Assembly: GCA_965203175.1 (NCBI GenBank)
Contig: OZ241867.1
Coordinates: forward strand, 1,664,001 to 1,728,000
Length of the DNA stretch: 64,000 nucleotides
Direction of reading: 5' to 3'
Source: Candidatus Latescibacterota bacterium
GTDB lineage: Bacteria > Latescibacterota > UBA2968 > UBA8231
In this document: positions 36,074 to 46,724 of the stretch, piece after piece
Layout: each line of letters opens with the position of its first letter
Position numbering within the stretch: the stretch's first letter is position 1
The notes under the pieces: model-generated
Seen by the model: the letters and a program-made list of their open reading frames with translations, nothing else
What the model was told of the DNA's origin: nothing
The model's database searches: none
Made by a program: the position numbers and the translations under genes

Positions 36074-37186
36074 ATGTCGCTGACCGAACAAATTCGCCAC
36101 AAGGCCCGCGCCTTGGGCTTTACCTCGGTTGGTTTTGCCCCGGCCGACCCGTTAAAAGGGGCCGAGTTTTACGCCCGCTGGGTGGCCTTGGGCTACGCCG
36201 GCCAAATGGACTACCTCAAACGCCACCTCGACAAGCGCGCGGACCCGCGCCAGATGGTCCCCGGTGCCCGGACCGCCATTTGCCTTGGCATGGATTACTA
36301 CCAACCCACTCCTGCGGCACCCGATCCCCTGCGCGGCCAGATCGCTTGTTACGCCCGCGGCGACGACTATCACGACATCGTCAAAAAGCGCTTGGCAGCA
36401 CTGTGGGAATTCGTGCTGGCCGAGGCCGGGGAGCAGACCAAAGGCCGCTATTTTGTCGATACGGCTCCGGTCCTAGAGCGCGAACTCGCCCAGCGGGCGG
36501 GCTTGGGCTGGTGGGGTAAGAACACCTGCCTGATCGACAAGCACCGCGGCTCTTACTTCTTCTTAGCCGAAATTATCACCGACCTCGAACTCGACTACGA
36601 CGAACCCGCCCCAGACCACTGCGGCACCTGCACGCGCTGCTTGGACGCCTGCCCCACCGACGCCTTCCCCGAACCGTACGTACTCGACGCCCAGCGCTGC
36701 ATCTCCTACCTCAACATCGAACTCAAGGGGTCTATTCCCCGCGACCTGCGCCAAGGCATGGGCCAATGGATCTTTGGCTGCGACATCTGTCAGGAGGTGT
36801 GCCCGTGGAACCGCAAGGCCGAGCCAGCTCCAGAGCCGGCGTACAAGAGCCGCGCCGGCCTCGACAGCCCAGCGCTCCTCGACCTGATCCAACTCGACCG
36901 CGCAGCCTTCAACGCACTCTTTCGCCGCAACCCAGTCAAACGCCCTAAGCGCCGAGGCTTTTTGCGCAACGTCGCCGTGGCCTTGGGCAATTCGGGCATG
37001 CAGGCCGCGGTGCCAACCCTGATCAGCGCGCTCGACGACGAAGAGCCGCTAGTGCGCGGCCACGTGGCTTGGGCATTGGGTCAACTCGGCGGTGATGAGG
37101 CAAAGGAGGCGCTCCAACAGCGCTTGGGCATAGAAGAAGATGCAGAAGTGCAAGGGGAGCTAAAAGACGCGCTAGCTGCGCTGTAA
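36074..37186 (+). CDS. queG: tRNA epoxyqueuosine reductase with HEAT-like tail
   Basis: YARGDDYH, VDTAPVLE, CGTCTRCLDACP, FGCDICQEVCPWN. Confidence 0.95.
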   Translation: MSLTEQIRHKARALGFTSVGFAPADPLKGAEFYARWVALGYAGQMDYLKRHLDKRADPRQMVPGARTAICLGMDYYQPTPAAPDPLRGQIACYARGDDYHDIVKKRLAALWEFVLAEAGEQTKGRYFVDTAPVLERELAQRAGLGWWGKNTCLIDKHRGSYFFLAEIITDLELDYDEPAPDHCGTCTRCLDACPTDAFPEPYVLDAQRCISYLNIELKGSIPRDLRQGMGQWIFGCDICQEVCPWNRKAEPAPEPAYKSRAGLDSPALLDLIQLDRAAFNALFRRNPVKRPKRRGFLRNVAVALGNSGMQAAVPTLISALDDEEPLVRGHVAWALGQLGGDEAKEALQQRLGIEEDAEVQGELKDALAAL

Positions 37187-37190
37187 CCCC

Positions 37191-38114
37191 TCACTCGGCG
37201 AACAATGCGCGGGCGAATGCTGCCGCGTCAAACGGCTGCAAATCGTCCACCCCCTCGCCCACCCCAATCAGCTTTACCGGCAGATCCATCTGACGCCGCA
37301 GCGCAACGACGATCCCGCCCTTAGCCGTCCCGTCCAGCTTGGTCAGCACGAGCCCGGTCAATTCGGTGGCTTGGTTGAACTCAGTCGCCTGCGACAGGGC
37401 ATTCTGGCCGCTGGTCCCGTCGAGTACCAGCAGAGTTTCGTGCGGAGCCGCGGGGTCTTGCTTGGCCAGCGAGCGGCGGATCTTTTTGAGTTCCTCCATC
37501 AAGTTGACCTTGTTGTGCAAGCGGCCGGCCGTGTCCACTAGCAGCACATCGGCTTCGCGCGACTTGGCCGCGGCGAGCGCGTCAAAGGCCACGGCCGCCG
37601 GGTCCGCTCCTTGCTGCGTGCGTATCAGGTCGGCTCCGGCGCGCTCTGCCCAGATGGCGAGCTGGGGGATGGCTGCGGCCCGAAACGTGTCACCGGCAGC
37701 GAGTACCACCTTCTTGCCGACATCGGCGTATTGCTTGGCCAACTTGCCGACCGTCGTCGTCTTGCCGGTGCCGTTGACGCCGACGACCAGTACGACAAAC
37801 GGCTTGCCCGGCAACTCGCCCGCCAGGGGCAAGGCCGCGCCATTGCCGAGGGTCATCATCGCGGCTACTTGCTCCTCCAGCACCTGCATCACCCCGTCCG
37901 GTCCGTCCGCCATCTGTCCACTCCCGAGCCGCTCGCGCAGCTCATCGACGAGTTCAGTGGCTGTTTCCAGCCCCATATCAGCGCCGATCAGCGCGGCCTC
38001 AATGTCGTCGATGGCGGCGTCGTCCAAGCGGGGGTTGCCGGAGATCACATCGGTCATCGCCTGCCGCGTCTGCGCCAATCCCTGCTTTATTTTGTCGAAA
38101 AATTTGCCCAGCAT
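37191..38114 (-). CDS. ftsY: Signal recognition particle receptor FtsY
   Basis: [32 protein letters not shown]. Confidence 0.97.
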   Translation of the reverse strand: MLGKFFDKIKQGLAQTRQAMTDVISGNPRLDDAAIDDIEAALIGADMGLETATELVDELRERLGSGQMADGPDGVMQVLEEQVAAMMTLGNGAALPLAGELPGKPFVVLVVGVNGTGKTTTVGKLAKQYADVGKKVVLAAGDTFRAAAIPQLAIWAERAGADLIRTQQGADPAAVAFDALAAAKSREADVLLVDTAGRLHNKVNLMEELKKIRRSLAKQDPAAPHETLLVLDGTSGQNALSQATEFNQATELTGLVLTKLDGTAKGGIVVALRRQMDLPVKLIGVGEGVDDLQPFDAAAFARALFAE

Positions 38115-38255
38115 GAAAACGTTTGTTTCCAGTTTATTACACTACAAGTACAAGGACGCAGAATTGACAAAAAAAACTCACTATTTTTGACATAGAATTT
38201 AAGAATAATAATTTTATTTTGACTGCGAAATCGCCACAGCCCGAAGTAAAAATAA

Positions 38256-38334
38256 ACACAATATGTAGTATATAACTCAAATCTAAGAATAATATGTATT
38301 GACCGAAACTAAATCATTATATAACATATTTGTC
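38256..38334. promoter_or_regulatory. Phased NrdR-box-like motifs overlapping a sigma70 promoter
   Basis: acaCAATATGTAGtat plus two weaker copies at +31 and a further +32 bp; TTGACC-N17-TAACAT at 38299-38327. Confidence 0.45.
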
Positions 38335-38394
38335 TTGAATATGAGTGCGTTAAATAATATACACTTCACTCTTCTCCTGAAGGAGGCAAATTCG

Positions 38395-40977
38395 ATGAAG
38401 AAGAGCTTATCTGTTTTTGCGGTTGCCGTTGGCCTTTCGGCCCTGCTCTCTGTGAGCTTGGCCTCTGAGGTCTGGGCGCAAGAAGAAGCGCAAGAAGACG
38501 AGGAAATGCTTGAAGGCGTTGTGGAGGTTGAAGAGTTGGTGGTGACCGGTTCGCGTGCTCAGTCGCGCACCGTAACCGACTCACCCGTGCCCATTGACGT
38601 CATTGGTGCCGACGAGTTCGCCAAGCAAGGTGGAGCGGATCTAGCTGACCTTGTGCGGAATGTCGTGCCCTCGTACAACGTCAATACCCAGCCGATCAGC
38701 GATGCGGGCACGGTCGTCCGACCGCCCAACATGCGAGGGTTGGCCCCCGACCACGCGCTGGTTCTGGTCAACGGCAAGCGCCGCCATCGCGCTGCGGTGA
38801 TCCACTGGCTGGGCAATGGCGTAGCCGATGGCGCACAGGGGCCCGATTTGGCACCCATCCCGGCGATCGCGCTCAATCGAGTGGAGGTCTTGCGCGACGG
38901 CGCGTCGGCCCAGTACGGCTCGGACGCCATTGCCGGCGTGTTGAACTTCCGTCTCAAGGACCGTTCCGACGGGCTGTCGATTGAGACCAAAGTCGGCAGT
39001 TTCCAAGACGGCGAAGGCATCCTCGGCGATGGCGAGTTGTTTTCTATCGCTGGCAATCTCGGCTTGGGCAACGAGAATGCGTGGGCCAACCTCAGCTTGG
39101 AATACGGCAACGCGGGCGAAACCATCCGCTCGGTGCAGCGCAATGATGCCGCGGGCCTGATTGCTGCGGGCAATACGAATGTGGCCAATCCCGCCCAGAT
39201 CTGGGGGCAGCCCTTCATCAGAGACGATCTGAAGTTCTTCGCCAACTACGGGGCGACGCTGAGCGAGAACCTCGACTTCTATGGTCACGCCAACTACGCC
39301 AGCAAGGAAACGGAAGGCGGGTTCTATTTCCGCAATCCCCATACCCGCAGCGGCGTGTTTAAGGGGGGGCCGGTCGAGATAGGTGGCGAGAGCTACGAGA
39401 ATTCCCTGCTGGTTGGCGATTTGGACGGCGTGGGTCAGGGCGGCGAATGCGCCCCGGTACCCATAATTGACAACAAGCCGGATCAGGAGGCTTGGCTAAA
39501 GATTCGCGACGATCCCAATTGCTTTTCGTTCCTGAAAATGTTTCCCGGTGGCTTCACGCCCCGCTTCGGCGGCTTCACCACGGATGAATCCATTCTTCTG
39601 GGCCTGAAGGGTTTTGCGGCCGAGACGTTGGGTTGGAGCCTGAGCGCGTCCTATGGCCGCCACCACGCGGACTACTTCATCTTCAACACCGTGAATGCCT
39701 CGATGGGGCCCGATACGCCGACATTGTTCAACCCTGGAGACTACATCCAGACGGATGTCAACTTAAACTTCGACATTACGTACCCGGTCAGCGACCAGGT
39801 GTTCTTGGCCGCGGGGGCCGAACGTCGCAATGAAGCATTCGAGATCGTGGAGGGACAGATCGAGTCCTACTTGATTGGTCAGCCGTTGGCCAGCCAAGGG
39901 TTCCAGCCCGCTACCAATGGTTTCTCGGGCTTTAGCAAGGTAGCCGCTGGCCGCTGGGATCGAACCAACACGGCCGTTTACGTAGAGGCGGATTTTGAGC
40001 CGATTGATCCGTTGGTGCTTTCTGTGGCATTGCGCTCGGAGGATTTTAGCGACTTTGGCAGCACTACCAACTACAAGGGAGCCGCCAATTTCGCCCTAAC
40101 GGACGATTTGAAGCTACGCGGTAGTTATAGCACTGGCTTCCGGGCACCGACGCCCGGCCAGCAAAATGCCTTCAACATAACGACCGAGTTCAATTTCGAG
40201 AAGAACGACTTGGTCAACAACGGCACCGTGCCTTCCACCAGTCGCGCAGTTGGGCTGGTCCTCGGTGAAGAGGGCGGCGGGCCGGCGCTCAAACCTGAAA
40301 ACTCGATCAATCTTTCCGGGGGCGTCGTCGTCAATATGGGCGTCGTTAGCGCGACGATTGACTACTTCAACATCAAGGTGGAGGATCGCCTGACGGTCTC
40401 GCAAGACTTCGCGCTGAGCGATGAGCAGAAGCAGCAGCTAATCGATGAGGGCCTAACCAGCGCGGCCGGCTTGCAGGAGTTCCGCTTCTTCACCAATGAC
40501 TTCGACACCGCTACCAACGGGATCGACCTCGTCGTCTCGGCACCGGTAGGTTCGGGTCAGATGAGTTTGGCCTACAACTATACGAGCACCGAAGTCACCG
40601 ACCACAACCCGGATATTCTCGACGATCTCCGGCTGCGGGAATTGGAGGAGAATCTGCCTAAGCAGCGCGGGAATTTGACGCTGACCCAAGCCCTGAGCGA
40701 GCGTTGGAGTGGCCTAGGTCGCGCCAGCTACTACGGCGAATGGTACGACTCCGAAGACGATCAGACCTATAGCGGCAAGGTGCTGTTTGACATTGAAACT
40801 GGTGTCTCGTTTGACGAGGCAAAATCCGTCATATCCATTGGTGCACAGAACATTCTCAACACCTATCCCGATGAGCACGAAAAAGCTAGGGAGCGGACCG
40901 GCAACAAGTACAGCCAGTTCAGCCCATTTGGCTTTGGCGGCGCTTTCTGGTACGTGAAATACAGCTACAGCCTCTAG
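38395..40977 (+). CDS. TonB-dependent receptor
   Basis: Signal peptide, EELVVTGSR TonB box, VLVNGKRRH, VEVLRDGASAQYGSDAIAGVLN, GFRAP. Confidence 0.95.
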   Translation: MKKSLSVFAVAVGLSALLSVSLASEVWAQEEAQEDEEMLEGVVEVEELVVTGSRAQSRTVTDSPVPIDVIGADEFAKQGGADLADLVRNVVPSYNVNTQPISDAGTVVRPPNMRGLAPDHALVLVNGKRRHRAAVIHWLGNGVADGAQGPDLAPIPAIALNRVEVLRDGASAQYGSDAIAGVLNFRLKDRSDGLSIETKVGSFQDGEGILGDGELFSIAGNLGLGNENAWANLSLEYGNAGETIRSVQRNDAAGLIAAGNTNVANPAQIWGQPFIRDDLKFFANYGATLSENLDFYGHANYASKETEGGFYFRNPHTRSGVFKGGPVEIGGESYENSLLVGDLDGVGQGGECAPVPIIDNKPDQEAWLKIRDDPNCFSFLKMFPGGFTPRFGGFTTDESILLGLKGFAAETLGWSLSASYGRHHADYFIFNTVNASMGPDTPTLFNPGDYIQTDVNLNFDITYPVSDQVFLAAGAERRNEAFEIVEGQIESYLIGQPLASQGFQPATNGFSGFSKVAAGRWDRTNTAVYVEADFEPIDPLVLSVALRSEDFSDFGSTTNYKGAANFALTDDLKLRGSYSTGFRAPTPGQQNAFNITTEFNFEKNDLVNNGTVPSTSRAVGLVLGEEGGGPALKPENSINLSGGVVVNMGVVSATIDYFNIKVEDRLTVSQDFALSDEQKQQLIDEGLTSAAGLQEFRFFTNDFDTATNGIDLVVSAPVGSGQMSLAYNYTSTEVTDHNPDILDDLRLRELEENLPKQRGNLTLTQALSERWSGLGRASYYGEWYDSEDDQTYSGKVLFDIETGVSFDEAKSVISIGAQNILNTYPDEHEKARERTGNKYSQFSPFGFGGAFWYVKYSYSL

Positions 40978-40994
40978 GAACGCCGCAGTTCTAC

Positions 40995-41034
40995 GCAAAA
41001 GGCCGGGTACCTGTTTTGGTACTCGGCCTTTTGC
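40995..41034 (+). terminator. Rho-independent terminator
   Basis: GCAAAAGGCCGGGTACC...GGTACTCGGCCTTTTGC. Confidence 0.75.
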
Positions 41035-41058
41035 ATCTTAACCTGAAGTGAGTAGCAA

Positions 41059-42696
41059 ATGGCCACATCATACCGCGACGCCCTAGAACACATCCGCCGC
41101 GCCTTCCCCCAACCGGTATCCGACCCCATTCACGATTCGTATTTCGTGCATTCCATCATGCGCGCCCTAGACCAAGTCGATGACCTGAAAATGCAGTTGC
41201 CGACGCTTGGCCCGGTAGTTTCTGGCGACTTTGCCGAAGCGCAAAACGCCGAGCTGCCCGCTGAGATGTCTTCGGTCGAGGCGGTTACCTCCGATCTTGT
41301 CAGCTATCTGCGCGGCATAACTATCTCCAGCCATCCTCACACCCAACAAAACGTCATCGCGCCCCCGACCATTCCCAGCCTCATCGGCGTCCTACTCGCC
41401 TCGTTGCACAACCCCAACATCGCTTGGGATGAATACAGCCGCCTCGTCGCCTTGGCCGAAGTCGAAGCAGTCGCCATCACCGCGCGGATGGTCGGCTACG
41501 ACCCACAACAAGCTGGCGGCACGTTTACCTTCGGCGGGACTGGCACCACGCTCTATGGGGTAAAGATCGGTCTGGAAAAAGCCTGCCCCCGGGCCATGGA
41601 CCTAGGCGTACCTAAAGATGTAGTGGTCCTCGTTTCCGACGCCGGACACTATTGCGCCCACAACATCGTCGGATGGCTCGGCATTGGCACCGACCAGTTG
41701 ATCGTCATTCCGACAATAGCCGACAACGAAATCGATCTCGCGCAGCTAGCGGATGCAGCGCGGGCGGCCTTGGACAGCGGCAAAAAGATTGCCGCCATTA
41801 TTGCGACTATGGGGACTACGGATGCGTTCGGCTTAGACGACTTGCAGGCGATTGTGACCCTGCGCGACTCGCTCGTCGATGAATTCCAACTCTCCTACCG
41901 CCCGCACATCCACGCCGACTCAGTCATTGGCTGGGCGTGGTCGGTGTTCAACGACTACGATTTTCAGGACAACCCTTTGGAGTTTCGGCCGCGGACCCTG
42001 CGCGCCCTCGCCGGAGCGTGCCGACGCATCCGCCATCTGGCGCTGGCCGATTCCATGGGCATTGACTTCCACAAGACCGGCTTTGCCCCGTACATCTCCA
42101 GCCTCGTCCTCGTCAAAGATCGCACGGATTTGCACCTACTGATACGCAGTCCGCAACAGATGCCGTACCTCTATCACTTTGGCGACCATCGCCCCGGCAT
42201 GTACACCCTCGAAACATCCAGAGCCGGGACCGGCCCGCTGACTGCGCTGGCTAATTTTCGCTTTTTCGGCGAGCAGGGATTGCGCGTCGTATTGGGGCAC
42301 ATCGTCGAGATGACCCAGCTTTTGCGCGAGCACCTTGAAGGACACGAAGCCATCACTGTGCTCAACCGCGACAACTTTGGCACCGTAACGCTCTTCCGGG
42401 TGTATCCACCCGACGTGGATACTTTTGCGATCAAGCGCCAAGAATTCGAAGACCCGGCCTATCGGGAAACGCTGCTAGCCCACAACGACTACAACCGCAA
42501 AATTTTCGACTACGTGCATGCGGAGGCCATGGCCGGACGCGGGGTCGTCATTTCCTCGACCGACTGCTACCGACACACCCAATACGAGGAACCGATTGTC
42601 GCGCTGAAATCCTTTATCGTGTCGCCGTTTGTGGATGAAAAGGATGTCGAAGTCGTAGTGGCAAAAGTCTTGGAAGCCAGAGAAAAGTTCGTCTAA
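41059..42696 (+). CDS. Group II PLP-dependent amino-acid decarboxylase
   Basis: TFGGTG, ATMGTT, HIHAD, DSMGIDFHK (PLP lysine), TLETSR. Confidence 0.88.
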   Translation: MATSYRDALEHIRRAFPQPVSDPIHDSYFVHSIMRALDQVDDLKMQLPTLGPVVSGDFAEAQNAELPAEMSSVEAVTSDLVSYLRGITISSHPHTQQNVIAPPTIPSLIGVLLASLHNPNIAWDEYSRLVALAEVEAVAITARMVGYDPQQAGGTFTFGGTGTTLYGVKIGLEKACPRAMDLGVPKDVVVLVSDAGHYCAHNIVGWLGIGTDQLIVIPTIADNEIDLAQLADAARAALDSGKKIAAIIATMGTTDAFGLDDLQAIVTLRDSLVDEFQLSYRPHIHADSVIGWAWSVFNDYDFQDNPLEFRPRTLRALAGACRRIRHLALADSMGIDFHKTGFAPYISSLVLVKDRTDLHLLIRSPQQMPYLYHFGDHRPGMYTLETSRAGTGPLTALANFRFFGEQGLRVVLGHIVEMTQLLREHLEGHEAITVLNRDNFGTVTLFRVYPPDVDTFAIKRQEFEDPAYRETLLAHNDYNRKIFDYVHAEAMAGRGVVISSTDCYRHTQYEEPIVALKSFIVSPFVDEKDVEVVVAKVLEAREKFV

Positions 42697-42701
42697 AGTC
42701 G

Positions 42702-44066
42702 CTAATTCTCTTGCGTCTTTACGGCGTCCCGGATTTCGCGGATGGTATCTTCCAATCTGTCTAGACGCTCGTTGGTGTCTTTTACGTCTTCTTGAATTTT
42801 CGTCACGATCCCGACCTGCTCTTCTAGCTCCTCGACCTTTAAGGATTCCTCATCGCTTACGAGGATGCTCGTCAGCGTCGCCGTAAAAACACCCACCAGC
42901 ACCATACCCGTAATCACCAGAAAAACGGTGAGGATTTTGCCCGAAGCCGTCTCGGGATTGTGGATGTCGGCATACCCGCCGGTGACCAGCGTCGTAAAGC
43001 TCCACCAGAGACTCGCCCCGAATCCCGAACCAGACTCCATGCGCTCCAAGCCCATGAAAATGAAGGCCCCAAACACGAGCGACAACAAGCCGTACAGCAG
43101 AGATCGCTTGAGGAGCCGCACGTCCAACGTGGTGCTCAAGTGATCCATGCCCCGCCAAAAAAACAGCGCGATGCGAAATAATCGCAGCGCCCGTAAAATT
43201 CGCACGGCCCTGAGCAGACGCCCCAAGCGAACGATACCTATGTCGCCGGACGCGGCGATGACCTGTACCGGGGGCAGTGGAATAGACGTTATGAAGTCTA
43301 TCCAGTTGTTTTTCCAATACCACTTTTTGGAAGCAGCAAGCCGGTGCTCAAAAAAGAAGTTGGCCATGAAAAGGGTGCAGCAGATCACGTCTATGATCCA
43401 GAATATCCACAACGTGCCAACGGAAAAATGAGGTTCTATTTCCACAACGGGATTTTCGTAGTGCTCCCCGAGGTGGATGACGTCCGCTTGTGTTAGTTTG
43501 CCCTCAACTACCTGTCCAGAAACAAGAGCACCAGATCCAACCGCATCCACTATGTGAATGTTCACCCGCTCATACCCCTGTCCCCCGTTCAAAACGTTTA
43601 TTCGATGTATTCTGCCTTCTACTACTTCGGCTTTTGCAATGGCACCACTACCTGTAGCTCCTACGCCAAGGAAGTCGACGGCCAAAATTGCGATTAAAAA
43701 AAGTATGAGAAAAAAGATGATCAGGTCTTTGGCTCGCACCCGCGCGGCGCTGCCTAGTACTCTGGCCTGCTCATCCATCAGGTGTTTCTTTTGCCGCGCC
43801 TGCTCAATGATCCGGACCTTGTCCAGCAATTTCTCTTTTTCGTCGTTCAATCTGGCGATCTGCGCTTCAGCTTTATCCAAACTCAGTTCGTATTGGCCGT
43901 GCCGTTTGCTCAAACTGACCGTTTCGACCTTTTCGATCATTTCGTCGAGTTCTTTTTCTCCCTCGACTAGCTGACGGTCAATCCTATCGATCTCCTGCAC
44001 TACCACGTCTTTCATCTTGGTAATGCGTTCGAGTGAGCACGATTCGAGTCGTCTTGATAATGACAT
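42702..44066 (-). CDS. 6TM voltage-gated-type cation (K+) channel with N-terminal coiled coil and S1-S2 insertion
   Basis: NWIDFI (S3), RLGRLLRAVRILRALRLFR (S4), SLWWSFTTLVTGGYAD pore. Confidence 0.85.
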   Translation of the reverse strand: MSLSRRLESCSLERITKMKDVVVQEIDRIDRQLVEGEKELDEMIEKVETVSLSKRHGQYELSLDKAEAQIARLNDEKEKLLDKVRIIEQARQKKHLMDEQARVLGSAARVRAKDLIIFFLILFLIAILAVDFLGVGATGSGAIAKAEVVEGRIHRINVLNGGQGYERVNIHIVDAVGSGALVSGQVVEGKLTQADVIHLGEHYENPVVEIEPHFSVGTLWIFWIIDVICCTLFMANFFFEHRLAASKKWYWKNNWIDFITSIPLPPVQVIAASGDIGIVRLGRLLRAVRILRALRLFRIALFFWRGMDHLSTTLDVRLLKRSLLYGLLSLVFGAFIFMGLERMESGSGFGASLWWSFTTLVTGGYADIHNPETASGKILTVFLVITGMVLVGVFTATLTSILVSDEESLKVEELEEQVGIVTKIQEDVKDTNERLDRLEDTIREIRDAVKTQEN

Positions 44067-44106
44067 GGTGCGTCGTCCTGTATAGTTTGCGGGTTGTCGA
44101 TCCCTT

Positions 44107-45780
44107 TTAGAATAGCCCCTTGATCTGCCCTGCTTCGTCGAGGTCAATCGACTCGGCTGAGGGTTTCTTCGGCAGGCCGGGCATGGTCATAATATCGCCC
44201 GTCAGCACCACCACAAAGCCAGCCCCAGCCGAGACCTTGACGTCGCGGATCGGCACGTCGAAGCCGCGCGGCCGTCCCTTGAGCCCGGGATCGGTAGAGA
44301 GCGAGTACTGGGTCTTGGCTATGCAGACAGGCAGGTTGCCGTAACCTTCGTCCTCCAGCCGCCTGAACTTACCCCGCAACATCTTGTCCCCCATGATGTC
44401 GTCGGCACCGTAGATCGCTTGGGCCACGGTGCGGACCTTGTCCCAAAGCCGCATGTCGTCGGGATAGAGCAGCCTGAAATCGCTCTGCGTGTTTTCGGCC
44501 ACCTGCACCACGGTGCGGGCGAGGTCTTCGGCCCCTGCACCGCCGAGGGCATGGTGATGCGCGGGGACGATCTCAACGCCGAGGTGCGCGCACTTGTCGC
44601 GGATGCACTGGATTTCGTCGTCGGTATCCGTGGCAAAGGCGTTGACCGCGACGACGACGGGCAAGCCGAAAAGGCGGATGTTTTCGATGTGCTTTTTGAG
44701 GTTTTCGACGCCCCTTTCAACCGCTCCGACATTGGGTTTGGCGATGCTTTTGAGCGCGGCACCACCGTGAAATTTGAGCGCGCGCACCGTGGCTACCAAC
44801 ACTACGAGGTCCGGGGCTAGACCACTCTGGCGGCACTTGATGTTGGCGAATTTCTCCGCACCCAAGTCCGCGCCAAAGCCAGCCTCGGTGATGGTATATT
44901 CAGACAGGCGCGTACTCAGGCGGGTGGCGGCGATGGAGTTGCAGCCGTGGGCGATATTGGCAAAAGGGCCGCCGTGGACTAACGCTGGGTTGCCCTCTAG
45001 GGTTTGCACCAAGTTGGGCTGGCAGGCGTCCTTGAGCAGCACCGCCATGGCTCCGTGGACTGCTAGATCCGCTGCGCGAACGGTCTCGCGGGAGCGGGTC
45101 TGGGCGACGACGATCCGGCCGAGCCGCTCTTTGAGCTCGGCCCGCGATTCGGACAGGCAGAGGATGGCCATGACCTCCGAGGCGACGGCAATGTCGAACC
45201 CCGATTGGCGCGGAAAGGAGTTAGCGGTCCCCCCTAGCCCAATGACGATATCGCGCAGTGCCCGGTCATTTATGTCGAGGACGCGGTTCCAGACGATGCG
45301 GCGGTGATCAATGCGGCGCACATTGCCGTGGTGGATGTAGTTGTCGAGGGCCGCGGCGAGTAGGTTGTGCGCGGCGGAGACCGCGTGGATGTCGCCAGTA
45401 AAGTGTAGGTTGATGTCCTCCATCGGTGCCACCTGAGCGTAGCCGCCGCCCGCGCCGCCGCCCTTCATACCGAAGCAAGGCCCTAGCGAAGGCTCGCGCA
45501 GACAGACGGTGGCGCGCTTGCCAATGCGGTTGAGCGCGTCGCCGAGGCCGATAGTGGTGGTGGTTTTGCCTTCGCCCGCCGGAGTCGGGTTGATGGCCGA
45601 GACGAGGATTAGCTTGCCGGTAGTAGGTGCGTCTTCGAGCTGCTGGCAGAACTCCTGCGAGATCTTGGCCTTGACGCGGCCGTAGTGTTCGAGGTGTTCG
45701 GAGCCGATCCCGAGCTGGGCGGCCACATCGTCGATGGGACGGAGTGAGGTCTGGCGGGCGATTTCGATATCGGGTAGCAA
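44107..45780 (-). CDS. fhs: Formate--tetrahydrofolate ligase
   Basis: [53 protein letters not shown]. Confidence 0.97.
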   Translation of the reverse strand: MLPDIEIARQTSLRPIDDVAAQLGIGSEHLEHYGRVKAKISQEFCQQLEDAPTTGKLILVSAINPTPAGEGKTTTTIGLGDALNRIGKRATVCLREPSLGPCFGMKGGGAGGGYAQVAPMEDINLHFTGDIHAVSAAHNLLAAALDNYIHHGNVRRIDHRRIVWNRVLDINDRALRDIVIGLGGTANSFPRQSGFDIAVASEVMAILCLSESRAELKERLGRIVVAQTRSRETVRAADLAVHGAMAVLLKDACQPNLVQTLEGNPALVHGGPFANIAHGCNSIAATRLSTRLSEYTITEAGFGADLGAEKFANIKCRQSGLAPDLVVLVATVRALKFHGGAALKSIAKPNVGAVERGVENLKKHIENIRLFGLPVVVAVNAFATDTDDEIQCIRDKCAHLGVEIVPAHHHALGGAGAEDLARTVVQVAENTQSDFRLLYPDDMRLWDKVRTVAQAIYGADDIMGDKMLRGKFRRLEDEGYGNLPVCIAKTQYSLSTDPGLKGRPRGFDVPIRDVKVSAGAGFVVVLTGDIMTMPGLPKKPSAESIDLDEAGQIKGLF

Positions 45781-45807
45781 AGCAAACTCCTGATGGAATA
45801 AGTTGGC

Positions 45808-46626
45808 CTATACGCCACAAAACGCGGAAAAGCCGCCGTCGATGGGCACGATGGCACCAGTGACAAATGTGGCTGCGTCCGAAAAGAGCCACAGGGCCGC
45901 GCCGACGACTTCGTGCGGGTCGCCAAAGCGGGCCATGGGGACGTTTTTGAGAATGGTCTGGCCGCGATCGGTCAGCTCGCCGCTTGCTTCGTCGAGGAGC
46001 AGGAAGCGGTTTTGCGCGGTGATCATAAAGCCCGGGGCCACGGCATTGACGCGGATTTTGGACGCATAGGTCGTGGCCATGTGCACAGCCAGCCAGCGGG
46101 TGAAACTATCGGCCGCAGCCTTGCCGTTGGAATACGCCAAGGCCCGCGACAGCGGCAGCCCTCCGCCGATGGAGGTGATATTGACAACGGCTCCATCGCC
46201 TTTAGCAGCAAAGACGCGGCCCACAGCCTGCGAGGGCAGGACGGCACTCAGATAGTTGAGATCCATCACCATCCTGACCGCTTCTGGATCAATGTCAAAG
46301 AATTCGAGTTCTGGGGAAGTGGTGGTGTCCTTGTGGCTGCCACCGGCCCCGTTGAGCAGGAAGTCGATGGTGCCAAAGTGCCCAATGGTCTCCGCGAGCG
46401 CGGCCTCGACGCTGTCTTTGTTGACGACGTTGCACTCGACGGGGAGGACCTTGTCGGGGAAGTCTTGGTTGATCTCGTCGGCTTTGGCGCGGGCTGCCTC
46501 TGGAGAAATGTCCCAGATCGCCACTTCAGCACCCGCTCGGGCGAGGCCGCGGGCGATCTCGCCGCCAATGGCACCGCCGGCGCCGGTTGCCACGGCCTTT
46601 TTGCCGTGGAAGTCAAAAGTAGTCAA
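45808..46626 (-). CDS. SDR oxidoreductase (D-mannonate oxidoreductase-like)
   Basis: TGAGGAIG, YSNGK, RVNAVAPGF, QNRFLL, DGGFSA; SD AAGGAG before a TTG start. Confidence 0.85.
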   Translation of the reverse strand: MTTFDFHGKKAVATGAGGAIGGEIARGLARAGAEVAIWDISPEAARAKADEINQDFPDKVLPVECNVVNKDSVEAALAETIGHFGTIDFLLNGAGGSHKDTTTSPELEFFDIDPEAVRMVMDLNYLSAVLPSQAVGRVFAAKGDGAVVNITSIGGGLPLSRALAYSNGKAAADSFTRWLAVHMATTYASKIRVNAVAPGFMITAQNRFLLLDEASGELTDRGQTILKNVPMARFGDPHEVVGAALWLFSDAATFVTGAIVPIDGGFSAFCGV

Positions 46627-46652
46627 GGTGATGCCTCTCCTTCTGTTAAAAA

Positions 46653-46724
46653 TCAATCGCTGAGCCGTAGGGCCGGGGGATCGTCAATGCGGGCAATGTC
46701 GAGGAAAGGGTGAGAGGTACTCAT
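46653..46724 (-). pseudogene. 23-aa translationally coupled gene stump
   Basis: ATG overlaps the upstream TGA (ATGA); MSTSHPFLDIARIDDPPALRLSD then stop. Confidence 0.4.

Noticed and set aside
38395-42696. Siderophore biosynthesis cluster
   Set aside because: No IucA/C synthetase, NRPS or amine monooxygenase, and a terminator separates the two genes
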